Of a stretch of DNA of 58,545 nt, positions 46,611 to 53,963 are shown one piece after another. A program made the position numbers and the translations under genes. Below the pieces are notes generated by a model. It was not told the DNA's origin, did no database searches, and saw only the letters and a program-made list of their open reading frames with translations. Position 1 is the stretch's first letter. The number at the start of each line of letters is the position of its first letter. This stretch comes from a virus, in the IMG/VR virus record IMGVR_UViG_3300045988_166695, positions 1-58,545 of that record. One strand, 5' to 3'.

Positions 46611-46852
46611 AGTTTTCCAATTAAAAGCCCCGAAGCGTATTCTCCGGGGCACAACCATTCTTTACTAACCCTTGCCATTTATGTGTGGCTCACATTTATG
46701 TGGTGGCAGCAGGACTTGCACCTGCATGATAGGATTGATACGGATTGTCAGGTTTTATTTTCAACCTACCTAACACTTAGCAAAGAATTTCACTTTACGA
46801 TTAACCGTACTCAATTAGCGTCTCTCATTGTTCCGCCATACCACCAACTATC

Positions 46853-47773
46853 TTATACTTCAATAATTTCAAATTTCCCTTTTTTGATATATATCTTGTG
46901 GCTATAATAGTCCTTAACTATGGCGTAATCTGAATGGGGACGTATATTCCCTATACAATCCTCTACATAAGAATTTTCGTAGGCTTCCACCGTTGCGCTG
47001 CCGCAGGCTTTCACCGTTGTGCTGCCGTAGGCTTTCACCGTTGTGCTGCCGCAGGCTTTCACCGTTGCGCTGTCGTAGGCTTCCACCGTTGCGCTGCCGT
47101 AGGCTTTCACCGTTGCGCTGTCGTAGGCTTTCACCGTTGCGCTGTCGTAGGCTTTCACCGTTGCGCTGCCGTAGGCTTTCACCGTTGCGCTGTCGTAGGC
47201 TTCCACCGTTGCGCTGCCGCAGGCTTTCACCGTTGCGCTGTCGTAGGCTTTCACCGTTGCGCTGTCGTAGGCTTCCACCGTTGCGCTGTCGTAGGCTTTC
47301 ACCGTTGCGCTGTCGTAGGCTTCCACCGTTGCGCTGCCGTAGGCTTTCACCGTTGTGCTGCCGCAGGCTTTCACCGTTGTGCTGTCGTAGGCTTCCACCG
47401 TTGCGCTGCCGCAGGCTTTCACCGTTGCGCTGCCGTAGGCTTCCACCGTTGCGCTGCCGTAGGCTTTCACCGTTGCGCTGTCGTAGGCTTCCACCGTTGC
47501 GCTGCCGCAGGCAAATGAAGAGGTTTTAACCTTATGTATGCCTCGGATGTAAATACCAGCTTGCAATAATTCTTCTTCGGTAAAGTTATCTTCCAAGTAT
47601 TCAGCATCAACTATTTTTTTGTCCCTAAATACCCAAAACCAATTTTCGGTAATAGCTTTCAGTAAGTCAGTTTTAGTTTCGCTTCTTAATCCCATTGCAT
47701 AACCTCTTTGACACGCTCCTGCATTTTTAGCGCGGGTTAACAGGTCTTCTTTCAGTTCTTCGAATGCTTTCAT
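46853..47773 (-). CDS. Repeat protein with 23 tandem 8-residue units A-[YC]-[GD]-S-[AT]-T-V-[EK]
   Basis: An N-terminal 87-aa domain is followed by ACGSATVEAYDSATVKAYGSATVE... Confidence 0.7.
   Translation of the reverse strand: MKAFEELKEDLLTRAKNAGACQRGYAMGLRSETKTDLLKAITENWFWVFRDKKIVDAEYLEDNFTEEELLQAGIYIRGIHKVKTSSFACGSATVEAYDSATVKAYGSATVEAYGSATVKACGSATVEAYDSTTVKACGSTTVKAYGSATVEAYDSATVKAYDSATVEAYDSATVKAYDSATVKACGSATVEAYDSATVKAYGSATVKAYDSATVKAYDSATVKAYGSATVEAYDSATVKACGSTTVKAYGSTTVKACGSATVEAYENSYVEDCIGNIRPHSDYAIVKDYYSHKIYIKKGKFEIIEV
46961..47512. repeat. 24-bp tandem repeat array (23 units)
   Basis: Units such as GGCTTCCACCGTTGCGCTGCCGTA and GGCTTTCACCGTTGCGCTGTCGTA differ at only a few positions. 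All three frames of the opposite strand are open as an artefact. Confidence 0.9.
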
Positions 47774-47799
47774 CGTATATTCTTGTTAATTAGTAAAAT

Positions 47800-47929
47800 T
47801 GGAGGATAAGGGTGGACTCGAACCACCAATCAGCATTATTTACGAGCAGACCCCTGATTTACGGGCAGCACTACATTTGTTTTTCGAGGTGTAGCATGCC
47901 TCTTTACAATACCATTCTGTCACTTATCC
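47800..47929 (-). ncRNA. 130-nt tRNA-like RNA with an encoded CCA end and an oversized central insertion
   Basis: 7-bp acceptor GGATAAG/CTTATCC, T-arm GGTGG-TTCGAGT-CCACC, discriminator U + CCA, D-arm-like ACAG-AATGGTA-TTGT, and a possible anticodon loop AUGCUAC (GCU). About 58 nt occupy the place of a variable arm. Confidence 0.5.
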
Positions 47930-47979
47930 ATGTTTGCCCGCCATATCTTCACAGACTGAGCAGGCAAGTTAACACAAAG

Positions 47980-48717
47980 TTATACTTCGATGATTACGAT
48001 GTCCGGTGCAATCTGTCTGATTTGCTTCAGTTGTTCGTCAATCACCTTATTCTTGTATTCTTCAATGGCTTCATTTGCACCAGCGGACACAAGAGAAAGA
48101 GATACATCACGACCGTCCACATCAGCGTAAATCTCAACTTCTATCTCTTCGTTGGCAAAACCTTTGAAAAGAGGAATGTTTAGTTTGAAAGATTTTGGAA
48201 GGTTGGAATCAACCACCTGTGAGTAATTATCCACTTTGCTTCCGTTTTCTTCTTTACTACGCTCAATGTCTTGGTTTATCTTTACTTTGAAGCTCTTCAA
48301 AGTAGAAACAAGCATCATGTTCTGCGACTTGTCAGTAAAGAAAGCTCGGTGCATCTTCAAAAACTGTGATAATTTGATAGGTTCCCAATTCTTATCTGTA
48401 TTGATGCCGAACTCCAGCATTTCTTTTGAAGGCTGCAAAATGCCGTTGATTTCTGTCTGATAGTAGCTGGTTTCATCAATCGTCAGAGCCAGCCCCATCT
48501 TATCACGGTTTACGATAATGTTCGTCTCTTTCTGATTAATCAGTTCGACACGTTTCTCTAACCATCTGAAAGGTGCGTCTATTGTTCCATTGATAACCAC
48601 TCTTTCCGGTTCTTTCGGGTCAAGTGCTACGGGTGCTTCACCTTCTCTTAACACTACTTCGATAGGTTTGCCGTTATAATCTTTCGGCACAACCAAGTTG
48701 ATTTTGTTTTCGCTCAT
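47980..48717 (-). CDS. Hypothetical protein
   Basis: 245-aa ORF. Confidence 0.65.
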   Translation of the reverse strand: MSENKINLVVPKDYNGKPIEVVLREGEAPVALDPKEPERVVINGTIDAPFRWLEKRVELINQKETNIIVNRDKMGLALTIDETSYYQTEINGILQPSKEMLEFGINTDKNWEPIKLSQFLKMHRAFFTDKSQNMMLVSTLKSFKVKINQDIERSKEENGSKVDNYSQVVDSNLPKSFKLNIPLFKGFANEEIEVEIYADVDGRDVSLSLVSAGANEAIEEYKNKVIDEQLKQIRQIAPDIVIIEV

Positions 48718-49145
48718 GATTCTGTTCCTGTTTTACGATTAATATTAAAAATAGTTCTTTGCATTTCCTGCGGCATGATAGGACGGGAATAAACCAGCTC
48801 ACCAAGTTTGTTGTAATACCCGGCCATTTTTTCTTCATGATAGAGAATCTTCACACACTCTTCATTTTCAACATATTCAGAGCCTTTCTTTATGTTTTCA
48901 AGAAGTTCCTGTTTTCTTTCATTTAAAGGCTTTAATTCAGCCTTAAATGCTTCCATAGCTTCTTTTTTCTCTATCTCAATATCATTGATTTTGATTGAGG
49001 TTTCAGCAAGAGATTCTTTCTTTTGTGCTAATTCATCCGGTGTAAACCGATGTGTATAGCCAATCTCTTCCACTGCATCGGCATTGTCCTGTAGGAACTG
49101 CCATCTTTCCTTTTCGGGGATTTCTTGACCTAAAAATTTATCCAT
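48714..49145 (-). CDS. Hypothetical protein (coiled coil)
   Basis: 143-aa ORF. Confidence 0.6.
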   Translation of the reverse strand: MDKFLGQEIPEKERWQFLQDNADAVEEIGYTHRFTPDELAQKKESLAETSIKINDIEIEKKEAMEAFKAELKPLNERKQELLENIKKGSEYVENEECVKILYHEEKMAGYYNKLGELVYSRPIMPQEMQRTIFNINRKTGTES

Positions 49146-49359
49146 TATTTTTCATTTTAGAAATTAGTTCTTCTTTCATCCTCAGCATATTAGCCATGCC
49201 TTTCATTCGGGATTGAGCAGCAAGATACATCTGTTTGTATTTGCCAGCATCCTTCAAAGCACGCTCATACTTCGCTGTCTTTTCATCAGAAAATCTACCG
49301 GCACTATCACGGTTGTATATCTTGATTGGCTTTATCTCATTTCCGAATAAATCTTCCAT
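49138..49359 (-). CDS. Hypothetical protein
   Basis: 73-aa ORF. Confidence 0.5.
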   Translation of the reverse strand: MEDLFGNEIKPIKIYNRDSAGRFSDEKTAKYERALKDAGKYKQMYLAAQSRMKGMANMLRMKEELISKMKNNG

Positions 49360-49361
49360 AG

Positions 49362-49799
49362 CTAAATAAACTCTTTGTTACGTTCAATTTCTTGCTGGGC
49401 ATAAATCAGCATTTGATGTTCATTTGCAGCTGGCAGATAGATACCTGCCACCGATGCGCTCCAATTACGGAAGCGGTCAATCGAAAGGGTCATTTCACCT
49501 GTTGTCAGTTCGGCAGAACTACGCAAGTAGGTTACTTCCTTTCCTTTCTTGTTGATCGTCTTGCGTTCAAACAAATCACGGTTGCAAGTCCTCTTATAGA
49601 AGTCAATTTTGGCTTCGTCAAGGCTACAACCGTACTCACTGCCGAAATACCCTAAAAGAAGATGCAAGTAGCTGTTTTGGGCAAGCGTGCGGTTAGGGAG
49701 TTTCTTTTTCACTTCCACCACCGCACGTTCACTAAACAGCTTGTTTACATACTCCTTGAATTTGGGTATTTCATAATGATTTGATAAATTAAATATCAT
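49362..49799 (-). CDS. ninB: NinB/Orf-like recombination mediator (tentative)
   Basis: RTLAQNSYLHLLLGYF and SSAELTTGEMTLSIDRFRNW parallel lambda NinB RSLDQNRKLWACLGDV and STSRMRVGEFAELLELIQAF. Confidence 0.45.
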   Translation of the reverse strand: MIFNLSNHYEIPKFKEYVNKLFSERAVVEVKKKLPNRTLAQNSYLHLLLGYFGSEYGCSLDEAKIDFYKRTCNRDLFERKTINKKGKEVTYLRSSAELTTGEMTLSIDRFRNWSASVAGIYLPAANEHQMLIYAQQEIERNKEFI

Positions 49800-50427
49800 T
49801 TTTCTTTTTCCAAATATAGCCACCAGCCGTTTTCCTTTTGCCGAGCGTACAAGCATTGATACTTGATGCAGCAACTTGTGTTTCAAGAGAAGCCACTTTT
49901 GCACTTTCAAATTCAGCTATATAATTCATTTGTAATCCAAATTGCACAACTGGAATTGAATGAGTTATAGACATCTTTCTTTTAGAAAAACTTGAATGCT
50001 TTTTATTATACATTGGATGTTTTTCCCCTTTTCGGCTCATTGACATTCGTTTTTTAGTTTCTGCATTGATAACTTTACCTTTAGCAGATTTACTAAAACG
50101 GCTTTTAGTAATAGGATTATTATTGTTTTCCGTGCGAGTTACCCACCTTAAATTACAAACATTATTATCCGTTCTAATTCCATTAATGTGGTCTACCTCT
50201 GGTTTATTAAATGGATTGGGGATAAAAGTTTCTGCAACAATTCGATGTAACAGTCTTTTATCTTTTCTCAAAGTAACATAAACATATCCGTTCTTTACTC
50301 CAACATTTGGAGTAAGCACCTTATTAGGATTCCGAACTTTACCTGTATTAGAAACTTGATAATATCCATTATAACCTTTTACTGTTTTCCAAATCTCTTC
50401 CATATCATTCTTCAAATCGAACAACAT
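49789..50427 (-). CDS. HNH homing endonuclease (NUMOD4 + HNH_3 + NUMOD-type DNA-binding repeats)
   Basis: WKTVKGYNGYYQVSNTGKVRN; HRIVAETFIPNP...VDHINGIRTDNNVCNLRWVTRTENN. Confidence 0.8.
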   Translation of the reverse strand: MLFDLKNDMEEIWKTVKGYNGYYQVSNTGKVRNPNKVLTPNVGVKNGYVYVTLRKDKRLLHRIVAETFIPNPFNKPEVDHINGIRTDNNVCNLRWVTRTENNNNPITKSRFSKSAKGKVINAETKKRMSMSRKGEKHPMYNKKHSSFSKRKMSITHSIPVVQFGLQMNYIAEFESAKVASLETQVAASSINACTLGKRKTAGGYIWKKKNDI

Positions 50428-50430
50428 ATA

Positions 50431-50880
50431 CTAAAAAGGTAAATCGTCCTTTGCATTACCATTCGCATCAACTGGTGGCGGAAAGTTCTGCGGTTGCTGA
50501 TAAGTCGGCTGTGGTGCTGGTTGTTGTACTGGTGCATTCTGTGGAGGTTGCGATACACCGCCACGCACCTCTATCTTATAACATCGAATAGACGCCATAC
50601 GTTTAAATTCTCCGTCCAAGTTCGTCCACGAACGCCCTTGTAAGACAAATGATATAGTAACAACATCACCCTGATTAAAACGGTCAAGTTCTGCACACTT
50701 ATCGCCCGAAAACTCTAAGGGAATAATGTTTTCATACTCGCTACGCTCACCCGTATAAGGGTCGTAAGTAGTAGCATCTAAAATAAATTCCCGTTTGGTA
50801 AATGGAGAACCACCGTTCTTGGACGGAATTTGGACGGTCTGACCGATTTCGATTATCCGTCCGGTTATTTGATTTGCCAT
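50431..50880 (-). CDS. ssb: Single-stranded DNA-binding protein (DUF3127-type)
   Basis: OB-fold-like N-terminus, Pro/Gln-rich linker and an acidic tip ending DDLPF. Confidence 0.75.
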   Translation of the reverse strand: MANQITGRIIEIGQTVQIPSKNGGSPFTKREFILDATTYDPYTGERSEYENIIPLEFSGDKCAELDRFNQGDVVTISFVLQGRSWTNLDGEFKRMASIRCYKIEVRGGVSQPPQNAPVQQPAPQPTYQQPQNFPPPVDANGNAKDDLPF

Positions 50881-51635
50881 TAATTTTCTCCTCCAAATAT
50901 CTTTTTATCGGTGATTAATTCTCTGTTTTCTTCCAAGAACCGGATAAATTCCTCACAATGATTAGTAAGAATAGGTATATCACGCTCCGGATTGAACACA
51001 TAAGTTTCAGTATAGGTATCTACCACATAACCGCCCTTGTTAAACTCTACAATGTTGTACTCAAATGTCCGTACATCAGAACCGTTCTGCATAAGAGCGA
51101 ATGGATAAACAAGGTGTTGGTGGTGGTCTTTGAACTTTCCTACGGTGTAGCTACCGGTAGTTTTGATGTCATGAACGCTCGTAGGCATCAATTCATCAAT
51201 CAGACCGTAAACCAAAACATTACCATAGACTGTTGGTAAAATCGCTTCCACCCTCTGCTGGGTTAATGCGCCTTTGAAATAATCAGCAAATTCTCGGCAA
51301 AGAGAAATGGGAAAAACAAATGTGCGGTCATTGTAAACAACCGTATAACAAGTATTATCCTTGTTGCGCTCTACATCCATACCGTTCGGCTTGCGATTTT
51401 CTATAAGAGCGTCCACCAACTCATTAAAGGCTGTGCCCTTGTCGGCCGCTTCACTGTCGAAAGGTTTACGATTGATACAGTTTATCAGTTCTTGAAACTG
51501 TTGCTCGTGAAACTCTTCGGGGGTATGGGGTGGGTTTTCTGACCACTCCCAATATTTATCCCAAATCACATCACTATTCAGATATCCCCAAAAGGCATCA
51601 AGAATCGTGGCGTAAAAGCGATATCTAGGCTGCAT
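50880..51635 (-). CDS. PD-(D/E)XK nuclease superfamily protein
   Basis: GLIDEL...VHDIKTT...QHLVY fits the D..(D/E)xK..QxxxY pattern. An alternative start is at 51662. Confidence 0.65.
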   Translation of the reverse strand: MQPRYRFYATILDAFWGYLNSDVIWDKYWEWSENPPHTPEEFHEQQFQELINCINRKPFDSEAADKGTAFNELVDALIENRKPNGMDVERNKDNTCYTVVYNDRTFVFPISLCREFADYFKGALTQQRVEAILPTVYGNVLVYGLIDELMPTSVHDIKTTGSYTVGKFKDHHQHLVYPFALMQNGSDVRTFEYNIVEFNKGGYVVDTYTETYVFNPERDIPILTNHCEEFIRFLEENRELITDKKIFGGEN

Positions 51636-52557
51636 CTGAATAAGTTTTTGTCTCTTTATCAAATACTAACCCCAAAGAGTTTACTTTGGCGGCAAACAGG
51701 CTTCTCGCTTTCATCAGAGAACTACCAACATGTTCAAACTCATTAATATGAGAGGCGAATTCATTAGCAGACTTGGCATCAGTTATAAACTCGATACTTT
51801 CTTTGATTTCCTCTATCACCTTGTCATACTTTTCCTGCGCTTCCTTCTTAGCCGCCAGCATACTTAAATAAGAATTGATTATCTTAGTGGTGATAAAGTC
51901 GTTCTTTGCGATCGGATTGCCGTTTCTGTCAAGAATAATAGGCACTTCCATTACTGATGGCAGATTACAGGTGTTTTTACCGTCATTTCTTGAAGTCGGA
52001 TCAAAGGTTATAGTACGTCTCTGTATGCCTCTCTCGCTCTTCATTTCGAGATAACCGAGTAAATCCAATTCTGTAACGATGGAATTATAAGATTTCTCAC
52101 GTAAAGCAGGAATGAACACCGTATCATCACCTTCTTTTCTTGTATCACGATGGGCTACAAAAATGATATGCTTATTCAAACCTGACAATGTTCTCGTCAT
52201 CCATGAAAATTCAGCATTGATACCACTCCAATCCCTGATAGACGGCTGGCGAGTTCCACATTTATAAGTAATGATAAAATCCATCATCTTACCGATAGTA
52301 TCTACTACGATTGTCTGATAATCCGATAAATCTTCTTGCAAAACCTGTTGAACATCATTCCATGAAGTGACCTGTACGGTATCTATGTTTTCCAGATGCA
52401 CCATATTCATGCGTTTAACACCATTATCAAAGTCTAATAACAAAGGCTTCGGAGCACTCAATGCTACTGTACTCTTTCCCATACCTGCTTGACCGTAAAT
52501 CATCATCTTTACGGTGGTGGGAATTACTAATTCATTCGATTTTTTGATTAAACTCAT
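51625..52557 (-). CDS. Sak4-like RecA-fold ATPase (AAA_24)
   Basis: MMIYGQAGMGKSTVALSAPKPLLLDFDNG. Confidence 0.8.
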   Translation of the reverse strand: MSLIKKSNELVIPTTVKMMIYGQAGMGKSTVALSAPKPLLLDFDNGVKRMNMVHLENIDTVQVTSWNDVQQVLQEDLSDYQTIVVDTIGKMMDFIITYKCGTRQPSIRDWSGINAEFSWMTRTLSGLNKHIIFVAHRDTRKEGDDTVFIPALREKSYNSIVTELDLLGYLEMKSERGIQRRTITFDPTSRNDGKNTCNLPSVMEVPIILDRNGNPIAKNDFITTKIINSYLSMLAAKKEAQEKYDKVIEEIKESIEFITDAKSANEFASHINEFEHVGSSLMKARSLFAAKVNSLGLVFDKETKTYSDAA

Positions 52558-52580
52558 AATCTTAGAAATTAAAGGGTTAT

Positions 52581-52865
52581 TTATTTTTTTTCTCCTACAA
52601 GTTTTAGGGCCATATCCTTATCAACTATAATTTTCCTTCCATCTTGGATAATTGCTTTGTCTATTTTCCCACTTTTTTTAAGTTCAAAAGCTGCTGACTT
52701 GGAGCAATGGAAAAGTTCAGCTATACCAGACAGTCCATAAACGTATTTTTTTTCTTTTTCCAAAGATTTTATAGGCTTTGAAAAGGATTCACATAGAGCT
52801 TTAAATTCGCCTACTGTAAGATCAATGATGCGAGTATCATCAGTTATGTTACTATAAGATATCAT
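52581..52865 (-). CDS. HTH DNA-binding protein (DUF3853 / excisionase-like)
   Basis: YVYGLSGIAELFHCSKSAAFELKKSGKIDKAIIQDGRKIIV. Confidence 0.55.
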   Translation of the reverse strand: MISYSNITDDTRIIDLTVGEFKALCESFSKPIKSLEKEKKYVYGLSGIAELFHCSKSAAFELKKSGKIDKAIIQDGRKIIVDKDMALKLVGEKK

Positions 52866-53221
52866 GTTTCTATCCTCCTAATTCTATATTCCATTCTAGA
52901 TCTTCTTAACCTCTTTATATCTCCATTATCATGATAAAGCGACAAAGAGAAAATACATAATAGACTAAATGCAATAGCAGATCGGGTTACAGGAGAAAAA
53001 TCAAAAGTAAACTTCATACCTGAGATACGTTCTGCAAGCTTTCGCATCAGTTCTCTCCCATTTCTAACATTTAATTCTGCGAATGCCGTTTGTATCTGAT
53101 TGTTGATGGTACTGATAGCTCTACATTTAAGAGCTGCAATTTCCTTTTTTTCGTACCCTTGTGCGTACATCCTTGCTGTAATTTCGCATTCAGGTGTTAA
53201 TTCTGTAAATACTCTGTCCAT
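52862..53221 (-). CDS. LuxR/GerE-type HTH regulator with a C-terminal hydrophobic segment
   Basis: LTPECEITARMYAQGYEKKEIAALKCRAISTINNQIQTAFAELNVRNGREL. Confidence 0.6.
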   Translation of the reverse strand: MDRVFTELTPECEITARMYAQGYEKKEIAALKCRAISTINNQIQTAFAELNVRNGRELMRKLAERISGMKFTFDFSPVTRSAIAFSLLCIFSLSLYHDNGDIKRLRRSRMEYRIRRIET

Positions 53222-53240
53222 AATCGTGTAAGTTTGAGTA

Positions 53241-53462
53241 CTATTTAGTCATGTTATTAACGATATACATAGAATTTGTATATTTATTCTTCGAAATGGT
53301 ATATACATTCTTACCACCCGGAGCTACAACACCTTTTTCTCTTAATTCTTTGTTTATCTCATGTGCCTCTTGTCGGTATCCAGTTACTTCAACTTCTGAT
53401 AGCGGGATAATCTTCTGTTTTCCCGGTTTTACTTTTAAAATCGTTTCTCTAATTGTTGCCAT
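53241..53462 (-). CDS. Hypothetical protein
   Basis: 73-aa ORF. Confidence 0.55.
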   Translation of the reverse strand: MATIRETILKVKPGKQKIIPLSEVEVTGYRQEAHEINKELREKGVVAPGGKNVYTISKNKYTNSMYIVNNMTK

Positions 53463-53491
53463 AAAATTTATTGTTTAAGTTTAATAAATAG

Positions 53492-53574
53492 TGGATGGTA
53501 AAGGAGTCGAACCTTTCTCACTCGTTTTGAATTGGTTGCGCAACACGAAGCTCTAACCGATAAGCTAACCACCC
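53492..53574 (-). ncRNA. 83-nt tRNA-like element with a G3:U70 pair and a 17-19-nt anticodon-position loop
   Basis: GGGTGGT/ACCATCC acceptor, D-arm GCTT-ATCGGTTA-GAGC and T-arm AAAGG-TTCGACT-CCTTT. The central stem TCGT/ACGA closes a loop GTTGCGCAACCAATTCAAA. No CCA is encoded. Confidence 0.45.
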
Positions 53575-53783
53575 AAATTGCCTGCATCACTCTTGATACA
53601 GGACTTTATCGAAAAAATCACAAAATAAAAAACCATGAAAACTATTCTCACGAACCGTCATTCACCAACACATAAAAACACAATATTAAGAACCCGCCCG
53701 ACTGGTTTCCCTTACTATCAGCGCTGAACATTGCAGGCGCCTTATGTCGAATTATAGGACTACCTTTTTGCGGGTGCTAAAAT

Positions 53784-53963
53784 CTATTTTCCAAATATTT
53801 CATCTATTTCTGTTTCCAATCTTTTATAATGCCTACCCATATAAACACAAACAATAGCAAAAGCTATAAATGCAATCCAAAAGGCAACACCAAAATCTTG
53901 AAAAGTGATGGTCATAACTATAAATGACACACACCAAATAAACGTCAATGGTAATACTTTCAT
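53784..53963 (-). CDS. Small two-TM membrane protein (59 aa)
   Basis: MKVLPLTFIWCVSFIVMTITFQDFGVAFWIAFIAFAIVCVYMGRHYKRLETEIDEIFGK. It is an AT-rich island between G+C-richer non-coding flanks. Confidence 0.4.
   Translation of the reverse strand: MKVLPLTFIWCVSFIVMTITFQDFGVAFWIAFIAFAIVCVYMGRHYKRLETEIDEIFGK

Noticed and set aside
46961-47512. Possible CRISPR array
   Set aside because: The repeats are contiguous 24-bp units with no spacers, and they are in-frame coding sequence.
46934-47529. Two long plus-strand ORFs (194 and 178 aa) with repetitive FHRCAA / RRLSPL sequences
   Set aside because: They lie entirely within the 24-bp tandem array on the strand opposite 46853..47773. A repeat whose period is a multiple of 3 and that lacks stop codons keeps every frame open. 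The minus-strand ORF has unique N- and C-terminal domains and fits the operon.
47812-48183. 123-aa plus-strand ORF starting with GTG
   Set aside because: It overlaps the tRNA-like RNA and the 3' end of 47980..48717 in antisense, and shows no coding features.
49800-49910. N-terminal extension of the NinB-like ORF (track start 49910)
   Set aside because: The extension overlaps the C-terminal DNA-binding repeats of the HNH endonuclease by about 120 nt. The internal ATG at 49797..49799 gives an 11-nt overlap and a sensible N-terminus.
53492-53574. Calling the two tRNA-like elements (also 47800..47929) ordinary tRNA genes or a tmRNA
   Set aside because: Both have canonical acceptor and T-arms, but their central regions are 10 nt and about 50 nt too long. 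Neither has the size or tag-ORF layout of a tmRNA. I report them as tRNA-like ncRNA candidates instead.
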